Assembly (NCBI GenBank): GCA_026984035.1
Contig: JALSSW010000028.1
Coordinates: 5,745-69,744, forward strand
Length of the DNA stretch: 64,000 nucleotides
Source: Planctomycetota bacterium
Lineage (GTDB): Bacteria > Planctomycetota > UBA1135 > GCA-002748355
Direction of reading: 5' to 3'
Shown: in pieces, positions 55,301 through 61,636 of the stretch
How the letters are laid out: each line of letters starts with the position of its first letter
Position numbering within the stretch: the stretch's first letter is position 1
Notes under the pieces: generated by a model
The model's input: the letters and a program-made list of their open reading frames with translations, nothing else
The model's database searches: none
What the model was told of the DNA's origin: nothing
Translations under genes and position numbers: made by a program

Positions 55301-55584
55301 TTTGTCCCAGGAGAGACCAAGATGGGAATGCTGTAAGTGGCCCCACCGGTATCGCTGACCGAAAACTTTGCAGCGGTAGAACCCGCTTCCTGGCTGGGGA
55401 GATCCTTTCCAAGGACTCCAAAAAGAAATGCGCAAAGAAAGAGACTGGATCGTGAAAACGAAAACAGAATCCTCGGAGCCTTCCGAGAATCCTGCTTCCA
55501 AAGCTCAAAACCCTTTCGATCAATATGAGATCGAAGCATAAAACCTCCATGGTGTTCGAGAGAGACGGTTTTTTCCAAGCCCAT
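49336..55584 (-). CDS. Giant secreted Rhs/YD-repeat polymorphic toxin with Tc-toxin BC-like architecture (SpvB-like N-domain, FG-GAP propeller, RHS cocoon, RHS core, 332-aa C-terminal payload)
   Basis: Hydrophobic leader [12 protein letters not shown]. SpvB-like block [34 protein letters not shown]...GRGFNLSGL. Seven (L/M)ADVNGDGxADxVGF units. Many YD repeats ([32 protein letters not shown]...). RHS core [12 protein letters not shown]...YTGHEHL...[16 protein letters not shown]...[11 protein letters not shown]. An alternative start at ATG 55539 is possible. Confidence 0.9.
   Translation of the reverse strand: [2082 protein letters not shown]
53380..54441 (-). repeat. Seven tandem ~54-codon FG-GAP/VCBS-like units (in-frame coding repeat inside the toxin gene)
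   Basis: Units start [15 protein letters not shown] (twice), [60 protein letters not shown] and [15 protein letters not shown]. The period is about 162 nt. Neighbouring units share long nucleotide stretches (for example around 53770 and 53930). Confidence 0.85.
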
Positions 55585-55681
55585 GCCTTACAAGTCCCAT
55601 AAGAAGGGGCTTCTGGCATAACTATGAGAAAAGGAGGTTACTTTTCCATTGGTTTTTGGTCAATCCCTTCTTATCGGGAGT

Positions 55682-56419
55682 TCAAAACAGAAGAGGGGCC
55701 CCAAGAACCATGAGTAAACCAAAAGCCATCCTTCGCATGCCGCGCTCCGAAAAGGGCGGTGGAAATTTCCGTCCAAGGAAGGTTCCCAGGGCAACAATGG
55801 GAAGGGTCAGGATGCTTAAGTAAAGCATGTTGGCCTCAAAGCTCCCTTCCAAAATGACGAGGACAATCCTCGAACTCGAGGAGATGAGGAAGATTGCGAG
55901 GAGGGTGGATCGGATGACATCAACCCGATCAGGCTGGCGGTATAGGTGGTAGATCAGAGGCGGCCCTGAAGTGCTGAAGAGGCCACCAAGGATTCCTGAT
56001 AACCCTCCAGCCACAAAATCCTGCCAGTTTGTGGCTCTCTTCCTTTTTGGGTGGGGCTTCACCATCCCCAGGCCTCCACCCAGAAGGATGACAGCTCCCA
56101 GAATCCTTTGGAGGATCGAAGAGGAGCTTTGGTCCATGAGATGTAGAAGCCCAAGGCCCACCAGGAGCATGGGAACCAGCCCCAGGCATGCTCGAAAGAA
56201 TACCCGTTCGTTGATGTGCCCTCTTCTTCCAACCAAGGCCATGAGGATGCTCGCGAAACCTGTCATGCTGATGACAACGGCGGTGAAGGCGACGGGTGCT
56301 AGACCCAGGAGCGTAACCGACCCCATGACAATCAGCCCATGGGCGAAACCGGCCACGCTCTGCACATAAGAGGCGACTAAGAGGATGGCGCTGAAGCCGA
56401 GGAGAAGTTCGAGGGTCAT
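55682..56419 (-). CDS. TSUP-family (TauE/SafE) anion permease
   Basis: 245-aa polytopic protein with Gly-rich helices (GGLSGILGGLFSTSGPPLI). Its ATG overlaps the hpnC stop (ATGA at 56416-56419). Confidence 0.8.
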   Translation of the reverse strand: MTLELLLGFSAILLVASYVQSVAGFAHGLIVMGSVTLLGLAPVAFTAVVISMTGFASILMALVGRRGHINERVFFRACLGLVPMLLVGLGLLHLMDQSSSSILQRILGAVILLGGGLGMVKPHPKRKRATNWQDFVAGGLSGILGGLFSTSGPPLIYHLYRQPDRVDVIRSTLLAIFLISSSSRIVLVILEGSFEANMLYLSILTLPIVALGTFLGRKFPPPFSERGMRRMAFGLLMVLGAPLLF

Positions 56420-57330
56420 TGGATCCGAGGGGGGAGTGGGGGCGCGCTTTGAGCAAGATGAAGGAGGATCTTTGAGGGGCCTTTTTTTCGAAGAGCCCTA
56501 AAGAGCACTCGTAGGCTGTCCCTTTTCCCTACCTTTGGGCGTTTGCGTAAGGGGTTAAAGCCTCCAGCTTCCAAACGTTCCAGGACAAGAGTGGCAGATT
56601 GAAAAATTGCCCTGATTTCGAGCGACATGCGTCCCTTCAACAGATCGCAAAGAGGGTGTCCCCTTTTGAAAAGCGATGCGGTGGTTTGGGCAAGTTCACG
56701 GATGAGGGTTTGGAGTGGGGGGGGCGCAGAGTCTTTTCCGAGTTCTTCTTCGGCGATTCCAAGGGTGTTCATCCTGTCCTTTGGAAGGTAAATGCGGTCC
56801 CGTTCCAAATAATCGGATTGGATGTCCTGGATATGATTCAACAGCTGAAGCGCGGTACAAATCTGATCAGAAAGATCCATTGCTTCAGGTTCTCGTTCTT
56901 CGAATAGCTCTAAGACAAGGCGTCCCACCGGGTTGGCGCTCATGCGGCAATAATCGAAGAGCTCAAGGATGTCCCCGTAGCGGTTTTTTTCGAGATCCTG
57001 CTCGAAGGCATCGAGGAGGAGAAAGAAATACTCTGGACTTAGTTTGTGTTGATGTATGCACGAAACCAGTGGCCCCGTAAGTGAATCGAAGGGGGTGTGG
57101 GCTTTTTTGCCCCCTAATGCCTCATCCAGGCTTACTCGAAGAGCGTGAAGGCCCGCAAGATCTTGGACTTCATCCGCAAGATCGTCGGCGGTTCGCGCAA
57201 AGGCATAAATCCATTTAAAAGCCCCCCGTTTGGGCTTTTGAACCAGAAAAGACCCCACAGGGAAGTTTTCGTAGTGCTTGGAAGCCAAGTCCTCCCATCT
57301 ACCAATATCTTCGTTTTCTTCCCTCTCCAT
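56416..57330 (-). CDS. hpnC: Hydroxysqualene synthase (squalene/phytoene synthase family)
   Basis: SKHYENFPVGSFLVQKPKRGAFKWIYAFARTADDLADE is the typical HpnC N-terminus. The second Asp-rich region is HIQDIQSDYLERDRIYLP. Confidence 0.8.
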   Translation of the reverse strand: MEREENEDIGRWEDLASKHYENFPVGSFLVQKPKRGAFKWIYAFARTADDLADEVQDLAGLHALRVSLDEALGGKKAHTPFDSLTGPLVSCIHQHKLSPEYFFLLLDAFEQDLEKNRYGDILELFDYCRMSANPVGRLVLELFEEREPEAMDLSDQICTALQLLNHIQDIQSDYLERDRIYLPKDRMNTLGIAEEELGKDSAPPPLQTLIRELAQTTASLFKRGHPLCDLLKGRMSLEIRAIFQSATLVLERLEAGGFNPLRKRPKVGKRDSLRVLFRALRKKGPSKILLHLAQSAPPLPPRIQ

Positions 57331-57352
57331 GGCGGAAGGTTATAACTCCTTC

Positions 57353-58369
57353 ATGAGCGTGGAACACAAATCCCAAAGGAAACTCATGGATGAGGGCATG
57401 GATGAGGGGACACCCTTCTTCCTTGACTGTCATGTGGACACCATCATCAAGGTTGTTGATGACGGGGGGGATTTCATCCATGGGATCCCGGATGGCCAAG
57501 TAGACCTCCCCAGATTGGAGAAGGCAGGAGTGGGTGTCCTCTTTTTTGCTTGCTGGGTGGATCCCGGCTACCTCCCTGACCGCTGCTTTGAACGAGTCAA
57601 CGAATTGATCGATGGTGTCGAAGCTCTTGTGGCAACCAACCCAGACAAAATAGGTCTTGCCCGGACCATGCAGGAGGCCAGGGACATCCAAGCAACAGGG
57701 AAACTTGCCGTGGTTCTCGGGGTCGAAGGAGGACATGCAATTGAAGGAGACCTAGGAAAGCTCCTCCACCTTGCCGATCGTGGGGTTCGCTATATGACCC
57801 TTACCTGGAACAACCATCTCTCTTGGGCTGAGAGCTGTCAAAAGCCCACAGAGTCCTCGCCGAAGGGCCTGACTGATTTCGGAAGAGAAGTCGTAAGGAC
57901 CATGGCCCGACATGGAATGGTTGTGGATCTTGCCCATGTTTCTCCACAAACTTTTGACGATGTTCTCATCATGGATGTCCCAGCTCCGATTGACTCCCAT
58001 ACAGCAGCCCGCAGCATTTGCGACCACTGCCGGAATCTCAGCGATATGCAGATTGAAGCCCTCGCGACCCGAGGAGGAGCCCTGGGCCTTACACTTGTTC
58101 CCGGCTTTCTCTCGTCTCAGAGTGAAACTGCTGACCTTGACTTAGCCGTGACTCATGCCCTCCATATTCTTTCTGTGGGAGGTTCAGATGTCCTTGGGAT
58201 AGGCTCTGACTATGACGGGATTGATCGAGCGCCCATCGGTCTCGAAGACTGCTCAAAGTTGGCTCAGCTTGGAGCCAGCATTGCAGAAAATGCGGAGCTT
58301 TGTCCCGAAGATTTGAAAAAAATTGCACACGGCAACCTCATGCGTGTTTTTGAAGCCTGGGAAGTCTGA
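57353..58369 (+). CDS. Membrane dipeptidase (peptidase family M19)
   Basis: FFLDCHVDTI (HxD zinc site), GVGVLFFACWV, VVLGVEGGHAIEGDL, RYMTLTWNNH, VVDLAHVS, LGIGSDYDGI. The start is uncertain (ATGs at 57353 and 57386). The track ORF start at 57278 would overlap divergent hpnC. Confidence 0.85.
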   Translation: MSVEHKSQRKLMDEGMDEGTPFFLDCHVDTIIKVVDDGGDFIHGIPDGQVDLPRLEKAGVGVLFFACWVDPGYLPDRCFERVNELIDGVEALVATNPDKIGLARTMQEARDIQATGKLAVVLGVEGGHAIEGDLGKLLHLADRGVRYMTLTWNNHLSWAESCQKPTESSPKGLTDFGREVVRTMARHGMVVDLAHVSPQTFDDVLIMDVPAPIDSHTAARSICDHCRNLSDMQIEALATRGGALGLTLVPGFLSSQSETADLDLAVTHALHILSVGGSDVLGIGSDYDGIDRAPIGLEDCSKLAQLGASIAENAELCPEDLKKIAHGNLMRVFEAWEV

Positions 58370-58492
58370 GTTATCCCACCTCTCCTTATGCCTCAAGGGC
58401 TGGGTGCATCATTGGGTTCTACGAAGGGTAAGCAATCGATCCCGAAACCCAGAACCAAATCCCCTTTGCGAGGCCTTTAAGTCCATGGGAGC

Positions 58493-60124
58493 TCAAAGGT
58501 TTTCCCCCCTTTCTTTCTCTTCCTTTAAAGCTTCCCAATAATCCCAAAAAAAGAGCACCGTCGGGACGCTCTTGCCTTCGCAATTCATGAGAACTTGATG
58601 CAAAGAAGCCAAAGACCTTCCCCGATATCGGATGCGTTCCAAAAAACTGGTGAAAAACCTTTCCCCTGTTTCATCATAGATATCCATTAACCAAGAAAGC
58701 AGTTTGGTTGTAGAAGCCTTGGAGAGCTTTTCCACGGGAGCCCCTGCCTTTTTCTCTTCCTCGATCTGGTCACAAATCAATTTCCGCATTTCCCTCCTTT
58801 TTCTTTGCTTCTCAGCCGCGAAGCGCATGAGGTTCTGTTTTTGATGGAACTCATTGTTTACCCCTTTCCGTTGTTTAGGGATCCCTTGCCCCTTCCCCTG
58901 GGTTCCTTCGTTCTCGGGTGCACAATCATTTTTTTCGCTTGAGACCTCTCCTTGTAGAAAACCTTCCCTTGGAGCATGCATCTCCCTGGCCTTTCTGGTT
59001 TTTTTCTGCTCGATTCTTTGTGGAGCACAATCGGAAAAAACTTGGGCCTGAAAAGCCTGCCTTTTTTGAATCCCCGCAGGTTTTCCTTTGCGGACCTTGA
59101 AGATGGGACACCCATCTTTCCCAATGTCTTCAACCAAAATGGCTCTAACTCCCTGTTCCTGGAGGTCAGGGCATTGGAAACGGAGGTCTTCTATGATGTT
59201 CCCCAAGATCGTAGAAAGTGCTCGTGCTCCCGTCGAAAGTTTGAGAGCTTTGCGCGCTGTCGTACGAATCGCATTTTTTGAGAACTCCAACTCAATTGCA
59301 TGAAGCCTGAAAAAATCCTGAACAGCTTTTAAGGGGCTGCCTTTTGCATAGAGAAGGATGCTTTCCATGACCCTTTCTCCGAGAGGCTGCAGGGCCGCGA
59401 AGTCCCCCATTCGACCAATAATCTCAGGGAGGAAACCAAGTTTGTCGAAATCCTCCGGAAGGGCTTGGGAAAGGAGTTCAAAGTCACGCTTTTCTTGCTT
59501 TTTGGATGAGGAAGGGCAAGGAAACCCAATCCTCTCGGCTCCGATACGCCTTTCGATGATCTTGGGGAGGGAAGGAAAGGCCCCCGCGAAAATAAAGAAA
59601 ACTCCCGAAGAGTTCAGGACATGTTCAGCCCCTGCACGGTCTCTCCAAGAATGGACCCCCCCCTCCATCATTTTGCGCAATTCGGCTTGGAGGGCAAAAC
59701 CAGTAACGTCTTTTTCTCTCATTTGACTCCCTGCAATCTTGTCGAATTCATCAAAGAAGAGAATGGCTTTTTCAGCATGCCAACGGTTCTTTGAAGCGCC
59801 TAGAATCTTCTGGATGATGGAGCCAAGAGGCTCCCCCACATAGCCCGTGGAGACAAAGTGGGTAAGGTCCACTTGGATAAAGGGGAGTTTCAGGAAGTCA
59901 GCCAGGGTTTTTGCGATTAGAGTTTTGCCGCTCCCGGTCGGCCCAAAAAGAAGGAAATTGGAGCGAGGAGTGCTTTCAATCGCCCCCATCGTTTTGGCGG
60001 AATGAGTCATGTAGTGTTGATAGGCTGCAGCTGCGATTTTCCGCTTTGCATCGTCCTGTCCCATGATGGACTGATCCAAGAAGGAGAGAATTGTTTTCGG
60101 AAAAGGGAGCAAGCTTGTTTCCAT
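58493..60124 (-). CDS. ClpX-like AAA+ unfoldase paralog lacking the N-terminal zinc-binding domain, with a ~200-aa C-terminal extension
   Basis: IMGQDDAKRKIAAAAYQHY, Walker A LLFGPTGSGKTLIAKTLA, pore loop STGYVGEP, Walker B ILFFDEFDKIA, IGF-like loop AERIGFP, and sensor-2 TGARALSTIL. These are followed by a basic low-complexity linker and a helical C-terminal domain. Confidence 0.8.
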   Translation of the reverse strand: METSLLPFPKTILSFLDQSIMGQDDAKRKIAAAAYQHYMTHSAKTMGAIESTPRSNFLLFGPTGSGKTLIAKTLADFLKLPFIQVDLTHFVSTGYVGEPLGSIIQKILGASKNRWHAEKAILFFDEFDKIAGSQMREKDVTGFALQAELRKMMEGGVHSWRDRAGAEHVLNSSGVFFIFAGAFPSLPKIIERRIGAERIGFPCPSSSKKQEKRDFELLSQALPEDFDKLGFLPEIIGRMGDFAALQPLGERVMESILLYAKGSPLKAVQDFFRLHAIELEFSKNAIRTTARKALKLSTGARALSTILGNIIEDLRFQCPDLQEQGVRAILVEDIGKDGCPIFKVRKGKPAGIQKRQAFQAQVFSDCAPQRIEQKKTRKAREMHAPREGFLQGEVSSEKNDCAPENEGTQGKGQGIPKQRKGVNNEFHQKQNLMRFAAEKQRKRREMRKLICDQIEEEKKAGAPVEKLSKASTTKLLSWLMDIYDETGERFFTSFLERIRYRGRSLASLHQVLMNCEGKSVPTVLFFWDYWEALKEEKERGENL

Positions 60125-60930
60125 AGAATTTGTTTCCTCAAGGATTCAACGAGAATGAGAAGGAAGAGAGACCTGTTAAATGAGGGCAAAATGAGGAAAT
60201 AGTGGGGTTTAGGTTTCCGGTCGCCATAAAGACAGCCTGATTGATACCAGCTAAGCTCCTAAGGAACCTTGCCTACCTGATTCATGCCTCTTTCCCCTGA
60301 AGCTGCAAAATCCTTAATGGGCTCACCAAAACTCTTTGGAAAAGGAAATGATTACATGAACAAGCCCGTTTTTTTTCACGACCTCCAGTTCCCCGAAGAA
60401 TGCCCCTGAAGCCAGTCCTTGGCCTAAGAAAAGGATCCTACAAATCCTTTGTTTTTGGATCGCAAGGACCTCAAAGGGTTCTTGCGGCTCGAAAAAACAA
60501 CTTATGACCAATCCCTTTTTCGGGGGACACCAATTGTGAAGAAATCAGGCTAAGTGAGCGAGCGTCCACTCAATCATGAAAAAATTAAGTGGTATGCAAG
60601 TCGACTTAGGAAGGAAGAAACCTAGAGAAAGCTTTGGATTCTCCATGTTCCCACAGCTGATCCCCGAAACCTAACCTTGTATTTCCTGCTTTTTCCCACG
60701 AACAACGAAGAGGCCCAAACCCAAGCTCCGTTGCCATGGGGAGTCTAGTCCACTTCTGAAATCTTGAAAAGCCCCCCTGGAATCTTCTGCCCAGGGTGGG
60801 GTAAGCCTTTGTGGTTCCAAAGGCTTCAATGAACAGGGAGGTTTCGGTTTGGAGCGGGAAGAAAAGAAAAGCATGGCTGTCCCCTTTTAGGGAGGGGGGC
60901 GGCAAAGGCGGTTGTCGCTTGGATGGCTGC

Positions 60931-61575
60931 TTAGGGGATGGGATGGCTTTGGCAGCAAGGTGGCAATAACGAGCGAATCACCTGGATGGCTTTGTGAGCC
61001 TTGGCCATGAAGTCCTCGGTTGCTTGGACCGTGATGAAGTTGGGATGACCGTTCCAGGCTTCGATGATCCTCTTGTCGATTGCTTGGGCTTCAGCGGGAG
61101 ATTCGGTCCTCAAAGGGTTCTGGTGGTTATAACCCTCGTCCGCACTCGGGGTTTCGAGATGGATGACCGCCGCAAACCGCGCGAATTCTCGCTCCCGGGT
61201 CGTATGGCATTCTTTGAAGAAGGACTCCGGAGTCCCCGGCCAATAAGCGAGCCCGTCGATGGTTCCCCGATCGCAGAGCCCCACGGCCAAAAAGGCCTCA
61301 CTGACCACAAGAGTCTGGAGCTCGTCCTGAACATGGTAAATGGCTCGCTGCGCTGCCCGTCTTGCCGGGGCACTCTCGAATCGAGGGAATCCACAACCGA
61401 AAAGCATGCTTGCCGCTTCAGGGAGAACACCCACATGCTTACAAAAAGAGCGCAGGCAAAGCTCAAGGATCGCGGTCTTACCCGCCCCAGGTCCACCCGT
61501 GACTGCAATAAGCTTGGTCTGGTGGACAGATTCTTTGCAAGAACAAGGAGCACTTCCGAATTGCAGGCTGGTCAT
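60931..61575 (-). CDS. P-loop NTPase (AAA_28 / nucleoside-kinase-like ATPase)
   Basis: Walker A LIAVTGGPGAGKTAILE and a Walker B-like VGLCDRGTIDGLAYW; 214 aa. Confidence 0.65.
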   Translation of the reverse strand: MTSLQFGSAPCSCKESVHQTKLIAVTGGPGAGKTAILELCLRSFCKHVGVLPEAASMLFGCGFPRFESAPARRAAQRAIYHVQDELQTLVVSEAFLAVGLCDRGTIDGLAYWPGTPESFFKECHTTREREFARFAAVIHLETPSADEGYNHQNPLRTESPAEAQAIDKRIIEAWNGHPNFITVQATEDFMAKAHKAIQVIRSLLPPCCQSHPIP

Positions 61576-61636
61576 GGTTGGATGATAGCATCCTTTACTT
61601 GCGCCATTTAGAAGGAAGGCCTCTTAACTTGTGTTT

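Noticed and set aside
49336-55584. Whether the toxin region is compositionally foreign (a recent horizontal insertion)
   Set aside because: By eye its GC content and codon style look similar to the flanks. I cannot compute statistics here, so I make no claim of recent transfer.
60323-60511. 62-aa ORF with GAFFGELEVV resembling a cNMP-binding or cupin fragment
   Set aside because: It is too short and the motif is isolated. It has no start context or flanking domain sequence. It is mentioned only as a possible pseudogene remnant.
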